This document shows positions 25,289-34,172 of a DNA stretch of 64,000 nt, piece after piece. The first letter of the stretch is position 1, and every line of letters begins with the position of its first letter. This DNA comes from Escherichia coli. GTDB taxonomy: Bacteria > Pseudomonadota > Gammaproteobacteria > Enterobacterales > Enterobacteriaceae. Under the pieces are notes generated by a model. It ran no database searches. It had not been told where the DNA came from and saw only the letters and a program-made list of their open reading frames with translations. A program made the position numbers and the translations under genes. Location: NCBI RefSeq assembly GCF_045037415.1, contig NZ_CP173438.1. One strand, 5' to 3'.

Positions 25289-26004
25289 CTGGCCTCCAGT
25301 TTCTGTTGTTCCTGCCCACTGACCGGGCGGTGCAGTCTGACGTTCTGCCCTTCACGAAACCCCGCATAGCGCGAGGCGTCGCCATTGCGGCTTCTTCCCG
25401 GTTTACGCGCCCTGGTGGTTTGCGTCTGCGGGTATTTATGTTCCAGCCACTGCTGCATCAGTTCACGCTCATCATCGGTCAGGGCAAAGGACTGTATTTC
25501 ACTGATAACGGCCAGCACCCAGCCTTCGGCAAACTGGTCTCCACGGCTGGTGCGGGTGGCGGTTTTTATTCTTTTGTTCTGTGCACTGATATACTGCTGA
25601 CGCGCCTTTTTCAGCTGACGGGCCAGCACTTCCCAGGTGTATGCAGCCAGTGCCGCACGTTCCCGGTTGCCGTAGAACCCCACAGACGGATGCGTGCCGG
25701 GGTGAATGATGGAGTTAACACCAAATACCTCGCGGATGATGTTCATCAGGCCCAGCATGTAGCGCGGTGGACGGAGACTGCCTGTCGGCCAGTAGTGACT
25801 GATGGTTTCATCAATATCACTCATAGCAATGTCGGAATGTGTGATGCCGTGAACATCCATCAGTTTACGGGCTCGGCGCAGTGCCAGAGCGGCCTCGTGC
25901 GGGTTGCCGGATGCGGCCAGCGCCAGCAACTTTTTCAGTTTCTCAATGTGTTTATTCTGGTCTGTCATTGTTCTGTATCTCCGGTATTTTTCTGCCGTTT
26001 CCAT
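25285..26004 (-). CDS. DUF2786-like hypothetical protein
   Basis: 239 aa; N-terminal IEKLKKLLALAASGNPHEAALALRRARKLMDVHGI signature recalled for DUF2786. Confidence 0.4.
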   Translation of the reverse strand: METAEKYRRYRTMTDQNKHIEKLKKLLALAASGNPHEAALALRRARKLMDVHGITHSDIAMSDIDETISHYWPTGSLRPPRYMLGLMNIIREVFGVNSIIHPGTHPSVGFYGNRERAALAAYTWEVLARQLKKARQQYISAQNKRIKTATRTSRGDQFAEGWVLAVISEIQSFALTDDERELMQQWLEHKYPQTQTTRARKPGRSRNGDASRYAGFREGQNVRLHRPVSGQEQQKLEAR

Positions 26005-26180
26005 GCCCGGACAGCGTCGGACAGCTCTTTCAGGCTGTATGCTGCTTTAAGCTTTTCCCATAACCACTGTGTTGTTATGTGCATCAGCAGGGCAGCCAGG
26101 GCTGCCCCCGCACTGAGGCATGTCGCCAGGCCAGTAAGAATCAGTGTCCATGCGGTGATTTCCCTGAGTATGTCAGCCAT
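25965..26180 (-). CDS. Small membrane protein (71 aa)
   Basis: One or two predicted TM helices (WTLILTGLATCLSAGAALAALLM). Confidence 0.35.
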   Translation of the reverse strand: MADILREITAWTLILTGLATCLSAGAALAALLMHITTQWLWEKLKAAYSLKELSDAVRAWKRQKNTGDTEQ

Positions 26181-26194
26181 TGAATGCCTCCCGG

Positions 26195-26491
26195 TTACTC
26201 GTTCGTGTAAATCACGCCCAGTCGTGCAGCCAGACGTTCCAGTTTTTTCTGTTTGTGGAAGTCAATCAGCCGGTCCATCCCCTGAAGGCGCAGTTGCTCT
26301 GTCATGATTTCCACGTCTGCCAGCTCTGCCGCGAGGTCACTTTCGCTGCCCTGTCCGTTCAGGTTGCGGGCGGCACTGGCCGCCAGTTCAGCGGCCTCTT
26401 CTGCCAGTTTCAGGGCCTGTGCGTCCGGCCCGAAACGCTGCAGGGCCAGACGGTAGAGGGCGGTGCGGGTGAGTTCGGTGTTTCGTGTCAT
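26195..26491 (-). CDS. MazG-like all-alpha NTP pyrophosphohydrolase (putative)
   Basis: 98 aa; acidic motifs LKLAEEAAELAASAAR and DLAAELADVEIMTEQL resemble the EExxE...DxxELxD signature of the MazG/HisE-like family. Confidence 0.45.
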   Translation of the reverse strand: MTRNTELTRTALYRLALQRFGPDAQALKLAEEAAELAASAARNLNGQGSESDLAAELADVEIMTEQLRLQGMDRLIDFHKQKKLERLAARLGVIYTNE

Positions 26492-26500
26492 GCCGCGCCC

Positions 26501-26773
26501 TCAGTGCTTCCGGCTGACGGTGATGTGCAGGCCGCCTTCTGCAGTGGTTTCCATCCGGTACGGCACCTCATGCTCTGCCGTGTGGGTGAGTGTGTTCATC
26601 AGTACCTGCAGGGCAGCCTCCTTTCCGTTGGTCGCCACAATGGCCTGTGTGGCCATGCTGATTAGCGCCGTCAGGACGTGCTTCACATCGGTGAGGTCGC
26701 GGCATTCACACTCGTTGACATAGTGTTCAACAAGGGTTCGGGTGCGCTGTCGTGCTTCCTGTGGGGTAATCAT
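26501..26773 (-). CDS. Hypothetical phage protein (90 aa)
   Basis: Start/stop coupled to neighbours (ATGA-type overlaps). Confidence 0.35.
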   Translation of the reverse strand: MITPQEARQRTRTLVEHYVNECECRDLTDVKHVLTALISMATQAIVATNGKEAALQVLMNTLTHTAEHEVPYRMETTAEGGLHITVSRKH

Positions 26774-26964
26774 TGCGAGTCCTCCCTGTCAGGGCGGGAG
26801 AATTCCATGACGGGCACGTCTGCCGAAAAATGCTGGCTGCAGTACGGGCAGACCAGGGTGACGCGTACCGCAGGGATGTGGTATTTACCGGACATCACGG
26901 CGATGGCGCTGTGAAAACGCAGGGCTGTTATATCCCTCTCGCACTGAATACATTTAAATATCAT
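26770..26964 (-). CDS. Small zinc-ribbon protein (64 aa)
   Basis: CxxC (CIQC) and CxxC (CPYC) pairs 35 residues apart. Confidence 0.4.
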   Translation of the reverse strand: MIFKCIQCERDITALRFHSAIAVMSGKYHIPAVRVTLVCPYCSQHFSADVPVMEFSRPDREDSQ

Positions 26965-27061
26965 GATTTAATTCTCCTCTGTTTCCGGCGTGCAGAAGCC
27001 CGCGGCGCTGACGTCGGAATAAAAAAGAAAATGTTTTTATTAAATAATTAACGTGGTGTGT

Positions 27062-27592
27062 TTACTGCACATCCTGCTCAAAAGGAATTATTGAAAAATC
27101 CTCAATGTCGCTTTTAATGGAAATACCGGGAATATTTTTCACGGCCTCTTTTTCATTCAGGATAGCGTCTTTATTTATTTCCTCTTTTACACGAATAAAG
27201 CGCTCAAGCCCCAGACGTCTCAGTAATTCAATAACATTATCCGCCCCACGGATACTGACTGATGGCGGACGGTTTCGCCACTGCACCTCGCCGGTGGTGA
27301 GGTTAGCGAACTTCACCTTCCCGTTGCCGGTCAGTTCATCACGGTGTGCCTCACACCATGTCTGAATACCGGACTGCAGTTCGGCCATGCGTTTTTTCAG
27401 GCTCTCGGTGAGCGGGGCATAACGTGCGGTGATATCGCCAATGGCGTCATTCATTTCTGTTTCAGCCCTGACCAGTTCACGTTGTGCGTCACCGAGTAGT
27501 CTGATTCCCTCAATGACCTCTTCACGTGTCCCCGGCACCCAGAGTGCTGCTGCGGCCTTGATACGTTTTGCACCTTTTGTACTTTTTGCCAT
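27062..27592 (-). CDS. gam: Host-nuclease inhibitor Gam (Mu Gam-like)
   Basis: 176 aa; strong similarity to recalled Mu Gam over its length (ETEMNDAI..., WCEA.RDELT..GKVK.ANL.TG.V.WR.RPPSVSIRG, DFSIIPFEQ). Confidence 0.75.
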   Translation of the reverse strand: MAKSTKGAKRIKAAAALWVPGTREEVIEGIRLLGDAQRELVRAETEMNDAIGDITARYAPLTESLKKRMAELQSGIQTWCEAHRDELTGNGKVKFANLTTGEVQWRNRPPSVSIRGADNVIELLRRLGLERFIRVKEEINKDAILNEKEAVKNIPGISIKSDIEDFSIIPFEQDVQ

Positions 27593-27619
27593 TTTTTATG
27601 ATTTCTCCAGTTGTGCTGA

Positions 27620-27889
27620 TTACCACAAAGATTCCGGCCACACGACGCGACAGCCGTGCAGTTCGAAAACGCCCTGACGGAAATATCCCCTGTGGTCATG
27701 TCCGGTATACAGATAACAGGCCTTTCCCTGCTCAAGCATGCGCATGCAATGCGCACTCCGGGAAACGCGGATGACAGGTTTGTTACCCCTGATGGTGATG
27801 CTTTGTACATCCGTGTTCGTCGCCTTAAGCGCCATAATGGCTGACTGCACTTTGCTGATTTGCTGGTTGATACCTGTGGTGGATTTCAT
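27620..27889 (-). CDS. Hypothetical early protein in the Kil position (89 aa)
   Basis: Between MuB-like gene and gam; Cys/His-rich; no confident family. Confidence 0.35.
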   Translation of the reverse strand: MKSTTGINQQISKVQSAIMALKATNTDVQSITIRGNKPVIRVSRSAHCMRMLEQGKACYLYTGHDHRGYFRQGVFELHGCRVVWPESLW

Positions 27890-27891
27890 TA

Positions 27892-29097
27892 TTAAACCCC
27901 TTTGACAACGTCAGCGTTGACCTGTGGAACCCCGATTTCAGCGGCCAGATTCATGGCGGCTATTACCAGGTTACTGACGGCCAGCGGATACAGCAGGCTG
28001 ACCATATTTTTACGGTGACTTCCCGGATTGCTCAGGCGGGCACGTATGGCATCCACTGCACCGGCGTCCATAATGTCCGTCAGCTGTTTACCGGCCCGTT
28101 GCAGTTTGAACGTCAGAAATTCTTCAAGGTTATTGTCCAGAGGCAGAAGTTCGACCACCTCACAGCGCTGAACGACTTCACGGACTTCCATATTGCGTTC
28201 AGACAGTTTTGTCGCCAGTTCCGGCTGGCCAATCAGCACGATGGACAGCAGTTTTTTGAAACCGGACTCCAGCTCAAAAAAGCGTTTGAGGTGTTTCAGT
28301 GTCGGAATGGGCAGACTGTGGGCCTCCTCAATCACCAGAACGTGGCTGAACCCCGCCTGGCTGCTGTCTTTCAGGACGCGATGCAACTGGCGAAAACGGG
28401 CGTCCTGACTGCGTCTGATGCTTTCCAGTGGTGCGATGGTACTGATAATGGCTTCGGCAATAGCTGCTGCCTTCAGGGTTTTCCCTTTCACATCGTTGTC
28501 TTCCATAGCGATGATGTATGGCTCGATAACAATTACCGGCGCATTCTCGCGGTTGATACGTTCAGTCAGGTCGCGGCGCAGCGTGGATTTACCCGCACCG
28601 GACTCACCGATGACGGCCATAAACCCACCATGACGGGCTGTCTGGTACAGCGCCTCACGCACGTAGCGAATGTCCGGGGTGGTGAACACATCATCAGAAC
28701 CCTGCATGGCTTCGTCGGCGAACGGGTCACGGAAAAGACCAAACGCTTTTTTGGTTGCTGGAAATAACACCTGTTTTTTGAGTAACATATTCTCTTCCTC
28801 ACTGAGGCTCGTTTTATCTGTGGTACCCGCTGTACGGGGCGTGGCCGCGCCCTGTACAGCATCAAAACTCTTCGTTGTATCAATCCCCTGACTTTCCAGC
28901 CAGGACGCAAGACGCCGGCGCACTTCTCCGGGGCTGGTGCGGGGCCACGCGTTATGATTCACAATCTGGGCCAGCGTGGCCTCAGAAACATCGACAGCTC
29001 TCGCCACCACCGCCTGTGGAATACGGGCCTCTTTCAGTTGCTGCTTCAGTACCAGCATGTTTCCCTCCTCAGTTGCCGTTAACAATGCTGATAACAC
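27892..29097 (-). CDS. Transposition ATPase (MuB-like, AAA+)
   Basis: 401 aa; N-terminal HTH-like region; Walker A VIGESGAGKST; Walker B-like VLVIEEAH; immediately downstream of transposase. Confidence 0.65.
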   Translation of the reverse strand: MLSALLTATEEGNMLVLKQQLKEARIPQAVVARAVDVSEATLAQIVNHNAWPRTSPGEVRRRLASWLESQGIDTTKSFDAVQGAATPRTAGTTDKTSLSEEENMLLKKQVLFPATKKAFGLFRDPFADEAMQGSDDVFTTPDIRYVREALYQTARHGGFMAVIGESGAGKSTLRRDLTERINRENAPVIVIEPYIIAMEDNDVKGKTLKAAAIAEAIISTIAPLESIRRSQDARFRQLHRVLKDSSQAGFSHVLVIEEAHSLPIPTLKHLKRFFELESGFKKLLSIVLIGQPELATKLSERNMEVREVVQRCEVVELLPLDNNLEEFLTFKLQRAGKQLTDIMDAGAVDAIRARLSNPGSHRKNMVSLLYPLAVSNLVIAAMNLAAEIGVPQVNADVVKGV

Positions 29098-30838
29098 TGC
29101 TGCGGGCCGGTGTGGTCAGCGTGGCCATGACTTCATCCAGTGCGGCTTCCGGTACGCCGTCCGGGTACTGTGCCGTTAACTGGCGGTAATGTTCCGGCGT
29201 CCAGGTAAGGCCGTCGGCGCTGAACTTATCGCGCAGGGCTTTCGCGGCCTCCACATGAGTCATGGGACGTTGTTCAGTGCGCGGCCCGCGTACGTCAGAG
29301 GCCTGACCACGCTTCGGCATATAGGCCGGAAGTGTGGTGTCGTCGATATGTTTATACGGGTCAAGCCGCCCGCCGAACGGCAGCGCCTTCGCCTTGCGTG
29401 CGGCGGCTGCATCTGCGGCGTTGTCTGTACCGGTAACCAGCGCTTCGGTTTCTTTTGCCGCCATCTGTGCCGGGGTTTCCGGCAGGGCTTTGTAACTTTC
29501 GCCAAATACCGCCGCGCCTTCAGCAAAGCCAAACTCGTTCTTTCTGACCTCTTCGACCAGGAAGAACGTCTCGTGGCCGTCCTCACCGGTCAGAACCACC
29601 TGTGCCACATCGCTGCGCCATGGGTTACGGGTAATCATCAGTTTTTCACCAACCAGTACGCCCGGTACCGTTGATACGTCAAATTCAGTGCCCCGGAACG
29701 AGACACGAAGTTTTGGCGTGACTTTGCGGAGTTCTGGTGCCGCCACAGCCAGTTCACGACATACCTCAACGGAAGGCGCTTTTTTCAGCTGCTCAGCAGT
29801 AATCTTCAGCCAGATATCCGTGCGGGTTTTACCGTGGCGGCTGTGAACAGCCGTGGCGTTAAAGTGGCTGCGCCATTTCGCGGCCAGCGCGTTGAGTTCT
29901 TCCAGACTGTGAACCGGCCGGAACTTCAGACCCGGCTCCAGCTTGCGTTCGATAATGTCACGCGCCTTTTCCACCTGTCCGGTGGCGCGGGCGTTATGCG
30001 GCTTGTGCGCTATCAGGTCGATGCCCAGTGAGCGGCACATGTTTTTCGTCATACCCGCGGTGTTTGCCGAGCCGGGGTCGAGATAGAGTATTTTCGGCAC
30101 GCCGTGCAGCACGTCTGCGCCGCCACGCTCCTGCATGGCGTTGATAAGCACAGAACACAGGTTCTCACCTGATTCCGCGCCCGTCACATACTCAACGTAA
30201 ATCCAGCCGCTGGCATGGTCGGTAATCTCGTAACTCCACACGCGGTCACTGGCGATACGGGCAAGGTTAGCGGGCTTGTTCTTGTAGAACTTCGCGCTGT
30301 CCATCACCTGCAGCCCTTTATGTCCATTGCTCAGGTAGTAAAGCGTGCAGAGTGAGGCGTCAATCTGCCAGACATGATTGGGATGCAGACTGGCCACTTC
30401 GGTATGTGGTGCAGGGGCATCCAGTTGTTCCGGGTGCAGGCCATAGTTACGCAGAGCACGGCTGATGGCATCTTCAGACAACGGGAAAAACTCACTGGTG
30501 GTTTCATCTGTTCTGCCTGCGGTGATAAAGCCGTTAGCCCGCAGGGTTTCCACTGCATCTGCGATGGAATAGAGACGCTTACCGTTCTTGCGGGTGGCCT
30601 CACGCAGTGTGGCAGATATCAGCGCGGCTTCGTCGCGGGTCAGGGCGCTGCGCCCGGCATCGGCGCGTTTTTTGCGTTTATCAGTCACAGATACCTCCTT
30701 CAGCCTGCGCAGCAGAGTGGCGCGGGACATGCCAAGTTCAGCACAGGCAGCGTCGTATATTGCACCGCGTTTACCATGCCCCGCGTCACGTGCCGCGCGG
30801 GCTGTTTCAACCAGTTTTTCAGTCAGTGCCGGGGTCAT
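29069..30838 (-). CDS. DDE transposase (Mu A-like, rve/integrase core)
   Basis: 589 aa; N-terminal HTH; catalytic core HVWQIDASL...YLDPGSANTAG...ATGQVE consistent with D,D,E triad. Confidence 0.8.
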   Translation of the reverse strand: MTPALTEKLVETARAARDAGHGKRGAIYDAACAELGMSRATLLRRLKEVSVTDKRKKRADAGRSALTRDEAALISATLREATRKNGKRLYSIADAVETLRANGFITAGRTDETTSEFFPLSEDAISRALRNYGLHPEQLDAPAPHTEVASLHPNHVWQIDASLCTLYYLSNGHKGLQVMDSAKFYKNKPANLARIASDRVWSYEITDHASGWIYVEYVTGAESGENLCSVLINAMQERGGADVLHGVPKILYLDPGSANTAGMTKNMCRSLGIDLIAHKPHNARATGQVEKARDIIERKLEPGLKFRPVHSLEELNALAAKWRSHFNATAVHSRHGKTRTDIWLKITAEQLKKAPSVEVCRELAVAAPELRKVTPKLRVSFRGTEFDVSTVPGVLVGEKLMITRNPWRSDVAQVVLTGEDGHETFFLVEEVRKNEFGFAEGAAVFGESYKALPETPAQMAAKETEALVTGTDNAADAAAARKAKALPFGGRLDPYKHIDDTTLPAYMPKRGQASDVRGPRTEQRPMTHVEAAKALRDKFSADGLTWTPEHYRQLTAQYPDGVPEAALDEVMATLTTPARSSVISIVNGN

Positions 30839-30853
30839 AGCTTGTCTTCCCTG

Positions 30854-31171
30854 TTATCCGATTCTGGCGGCAATTTTTCTGGCGAGGTCGCACAGTGTTT
30901 CGCCATCGCAGGTTTTCACCACGGTATTTACCGGTTGCGGTGCAACTACCGGGCGTAATGCTGACTGATTCTGCAGACGTCTTATCTGCTGCATCAGCAT
31001 CACCTCCATCGTCAGTACAAACGGGTGCGTCTCCTGTGCGGGTACGCAGATTTCACCGGAAGGGGTCACCACGCGGAAACCCTGCACCATCTCCGGCAGC
31101 AGATTACACAGTGCGTGCCCCAGTGCCTCCGGGCTGTCCATCAGGGTATTTTGTGTGTTATTCGTATTCAT
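30854..31171 (-). CDS. Hypothetical protein (105 aa)
   Basis: Operon-coupled between transposase and the 306-aa ORF; no motif recognised. Confidence 0.35.
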   Translation of the reverse strand: MNTNNTQNTLMDSPEALGHALCNLLPEMVQGFRVVTPSGEICVPAQETHPFVLTMEVMLMQQIRRLQNQSALRPVVAPQPVNTVVKTCDGETLCDLARKIAARIG

Positions 31172-32091
31172 TACTGCATATCCTCCGGTCGGTTGATTTC
31201 AGGTTCCGGTTCGGTCAGCCAGGCGGGGGCATCGTTACCCGATGGAGCGGCCTCAAGGTCAAACGTCTCACGTAATGCATGAACACTGCGTTCAATCTGG
31301 CAGACCAGACCGGCCATGAAATCTCTGGGGGTATCGATCATGTTTTTGGTGCAGTATTCACACAGGGTCTCAAAAACACTGGACAGCCGGACGGCGATAG
31401 CCGATTCGGCCTCAACCGCTAATGCCGTCACTTCCGCCCGCAATTTTTTCAGTTCTTCGTCTGGCGGCGGAGGTTGCAGGCGCGATTTCTTCTCCAGTTT
31501 TGTGGCCAGTTCGTTGATTTTTTCGTCCTTTCCGGCAAGCACCTGTTGCTGAGCTGCGTTGGTTTCGCGCGCTTCACGCAGGGCGGCCTTCAGTTCGCGG
31601 CTGGTCATGCGATCAATATCATCAAGCGTTGCACCGGCGACGGTTCCACCATCAGCTAATGCGTCGAGTTCTTCGTCATCCAGAACCATCAGTTCATATA
31701 ACTTGGTTTTTCCCAAAACGCTCAGCGCTGAGCGTTTTGGCTGTTCATCTCCATTGCCGAGAAATTTCACGCTGGCCTGCATCATGCGACGAGCTACCTG
31801 TGGTGCTAATCCGAGGTCGTTTTCCAGAATATTTGTGAAATCACCATGCGGTTCATTTTCTTTTAAGATGATCAGCCGCTTACCCGCTTCCAACATAGAT
31901 TCAGCACTCTGCGCCATATAAAAACGTGCTTCGTGAACGATGCGTTCACGTTCATAAGGCAGTCCATCACCAAACTGCTGCATGATCTCCATGCGATGCT
32001 GTGTCATGGCATTCAGGCTGACGTTGAGATCATCCGACAGCGGTACATCGGCGTTCAGTTCAGTGTTAATCGGTGATTTGGTACGTCCCAT
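31171..32091 (-). CDS. Hypothetical coiled-coil protein (306 aa)
   Basis: Long predicted coiled-coil in the central region; located between ner and transposase, a position empty in Mu. Confidence 0.4.
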   Translation of the reverse strand: MGRTKSPINTELNADVPLSDDLNVSLNAMTQHRMEIMQQFGDGLPYERERIVHEARFYMAQSAESMLEAGKRLIILKENEPHGDFTNILENDLGLAPQVARRMMQASVKFLGNGDEQPKRSALSVLGKTKLYELMVLDDEELDALADGGTVAGATLDDIDRMTSRELKAALREARETNAAQQQVLAGKDEKINELATKLEKKSRLQPPPPDEELKKLRAEVTALAVEAESAIAVRLSSVFETLCEYCTKNMIDTPRDFMAGLVCQIERSVHALRETFDLEAAPSGNDAPAWLTEPEPEINRPEDMQ

Positions 32092-32101
32092 TGATTACTC
32101 C

Positions 32102-32416
32102 TTACAAACGACTACCTGAAATGACACGTTGGTTAATTTCGTTAATACGATCCTGTGCACGTGCCATCTCGTTACTGTGGGCCATGGCGATCTGCAGTAA
32201 CTGGATGCCCGGTGCAAAACGTCCGTTCTCCAGTTTCAGAGCCAGCCCTTCTTCAATGAGGGTGTTGAGTGCCCGGTTGATGTTTGCCGGTGACTCGTGC
32301 AGTGCTGTCGCCAGTTCACCGTTAGAAATACCGTTCAGGGCATGACCGCGCAGCGCTTTGAGTACCCGGAGGATGCGACTGCCGGAGCTTGAAACATTCG
32401 TCTTACTCATCTGCAT
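32102..32416 (-). CDS. Putative winged-helix DNA-binding protein (104 aa)
   Basis: Segment RILRVLKALRGHALNGISNGELATALHESPANINRALNTLIEEGLA resembles an IclR/MarR-type wHTH. Confidence 0.4.
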   Translation of the reverse strand: MQMSKTNVSSSGSRILRVLKALRGHALNGISNGELATALHESPANINRALNTLIEEGLALKLENGRFAPGIQLLQIAMAHSNEMARAQDRINEINQRVISGSRL

Positions 32417-32462
32417 ACCTCTTTTGCGATATGTGATAACCTTTTACAAAGACTCAAAATAT

Positions 32463-32651
32463 TTAGGCCGCCTGAGCTGTTGATTTCAGTCCCAACTTCA
32501 CGGCGATTTCATGGGATTTACCGTAACGGGCTTTGGTCTGCCCGTTGAGAACGCGGTATACCTCATTGCGGTTGTAGCCGTTTTCTTCTGCCCAGCGGGT
32601 GAAAGTGATCCCGCGCTGGCGGAAGAGAGCTTTGACTTGTTCTGCAGTCAT
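32463..32651 (-). CDS. ner: Ner-like DNA-binding regulator
   Basis: 62 aa; first gene of the leftward early operon, divergent from repressor; Ner/Nlp-like HTH by recall. Confidence 0.6.
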   Translation of the reverse strand: MTAEQVKALFRQRGITFTRWAEENGYNRNEVYRVLNGQTKARYGKSHEIAVKLGLKSTAQAA

Positions 32652-32703
32652 CGTTGTCTCCTTTGTTGATGCAATGATGTTTGCCTTATATGTGTTAGAT
32701 TAT

Positions 32704-32721
32704 TGCTCATAATTATGAGCA
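32704..32721. promoter_or_regulatory. Candidate operator: perfect 18-bp palindrome TGCTCATAATTATGAGCA in the ner/repressor divergent intergenic region
   Basis: Read directly; centred in the 93-bp gap between divergent ner and repressor starts; half-site ATGAGCA recurs at 32745. Confidence 0.5.
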
Positions 32722-32744
32722 TATCAAGATAGAGATTCACTTTT

Positions 32745-33101
32745 ATGAGCAAAGATATAGGAGAGCGCGTTATTTCTGTGAGGAAGAAAGCAGGGTTGAA
32801 CCAGAGAGAATTTGCAGCTCGTTTAGGTATTTCTAATGGTGGTATCAGTCAGATTGAAAATGGAAAGGCGATGCCTGGAGGGGAGTTTCTGTTAAAGATG
32901 CATCAAGAGTTTAATGTTGATGTAAATTGGTTGCTCACTGGAATGAGCACAGATGGTATGACTAGAAACCAGAATCAAATTTCCCCAGAAAAACAAAAAC
33001 TAATAGATACTTTTGACGACATGACACCAGACCAACAACGCTCATTTCTTGAGATTGGGCGATTCTATACTCAGCCAAAACCAGGAAAAATCGCAGGCTG
33101 A
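32745..33101 (+). CDS. Prophage repressor (XRE-family HTH)
   Basis: 118 aa; N-terminal HTH LNQREFAARLGISNGGISQIENGKAMP; divergent from ner. Confidence 0.65.
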   Translation: MSKDIGERVISVRKKAGLNQREFAARLGISNGGISQIENGKAMPGGEFLLKMHQEFNVDVNWLLTGMSTDGMTRNQNQISPEKQKLIDTFDDMTPDQQRSFLEIGRFYTQPKPGKIAG

Positions 33102-33186
33102 TACTGACCCGGACACAAAGGACAGGTGGTTGATCTGGATGCTTTCAGAAAACATCGCCAGTGACATAGTGGAAGTTGTTTGGTTT

Positions 33187-33218
33187 ACCGGAAAGCATTG
33201 TGCTTTCCGGTTTTGTTT
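33187..33218 (+). terminator. Rho-independent terminator after repressor gene
   Basis: Hairpin accggaaagca-ttg-tgctttccggt followed by ttttgttt. Confidence 0.5.
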
Positions 33219-33982
33219 CAGAAGTTGCAGATTAGCAGTTCACGGCGCGGCGTGGGTTTACCCGCCAGACTGTAGTTGATATTCACTGTCTGTATGTTCA
33301 GTCCAGTGAACACCTCGCGCATCTGCGGGATGTCGTTCACCGAAATTATCATTTTTCCTCTGATGCACCGGGCCAGCTCTGCCAGCCGCGAGTAGTTCCC
33401 TTCAGGAAAATCCACACCATAGCCTTCCGTACCCAGGTACGGTGGGTCGCAGTAGAACAGCGTGTGCGGACGATCATAACGCTCAATGCACTGTTGCCAG
33501 TCCATGTGTTCTATGACTGTTCTGGAAAGCCGCAGGTGTGCCGCTGACAGTTCTTCTTCAATACGTAGCAGGTTGAAGCGTGGCGGGGATGTGGTGGAGG
33601 TACCGAAGCTGTGCTCTGCCACCTTGCCGCCAAACGCCTGCTTCTGAAGGTAGTAGAACCGTGCCGCACGCTGGATATCCGTCAGTGTTTCTTCCGGGGT
33701 GATCTGCAGCCATTTGTAGATCTGACGGCTGACCAGCGCCCATTTGAACTGGCGGACAAATTCTTCCAGGTGATGCTTTACCACCCGGTACAGATTCACC
33801 AGTTCACCGTTGATATCATTGATGACTTCGATCTTGCCGGGTGTCTTAAGAAAATAGAGCGCTGCTGCCCCACAAAACGGCTCCACATAACATTCATGCG
33901 CCGGAAACAGCGGCAGAATGTGTTTTGCAAGGCGGCGTTTGCCACCAATCCACGGCACGATGGGTAATGTCTGCATTTTCAT
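33218..33982 (-). CDS. Dam-like N6-adenine DNA methyltransferase (D12 class)
   Basis: ORF 33218..34072; likely start MKMQTLPIVPWIGGKRRL at 33982; SAM-binding FCGAAA and catalytic DPPY motifs. Confidence 0.7.
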   Translation of the reverse strand: MKMQTLPIVPWIGGKRRLAKHILPLFPAHECYVEPFCGAAALYFLKTPGKIEVINDINGELVNLYRVVKHHLEEFVRQFKWALVSRQIYKWLQITPEETLTDIQRAARFYYLQKQAFGGKVAEHSFGTSTTSPPRFNLLRIEEELSAAHLRLSRTVIEHMDWQQCIERYDRPHTLFYCDPPYLGTEGYGVDFPEGNYSRLAELARCIRGKMIISVNDIPQMREVFTGLNIQTVNINYSLAGKPTPRRELLICNF

Positions 33983-34172
33983 AATCTGCAAGCCTTTTAC
34001 AATTATTAAAAAATATGGCAGTCTGGTCAGGTCTCGCGAGACTGACTGAACCTTGGTCGGCTCACAGCGCATTCCTGTGGGGCGATGACCAGCCCGGCTT
34101 TCGGGTGCCGGGCTGGTCGTTCTTTCATGATGCGGCAGGGATGGCGGGATTTCTGTTAATGTGGTTTAGGGA

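Noticed and set aside
24050-33101. Idea that the early arm was inverted by the prophage Gin-like invertase
   Set aside because: No gix-like crossover sites found at the boundaries of the early block; the only candidate sites are in the tail-fibre region.
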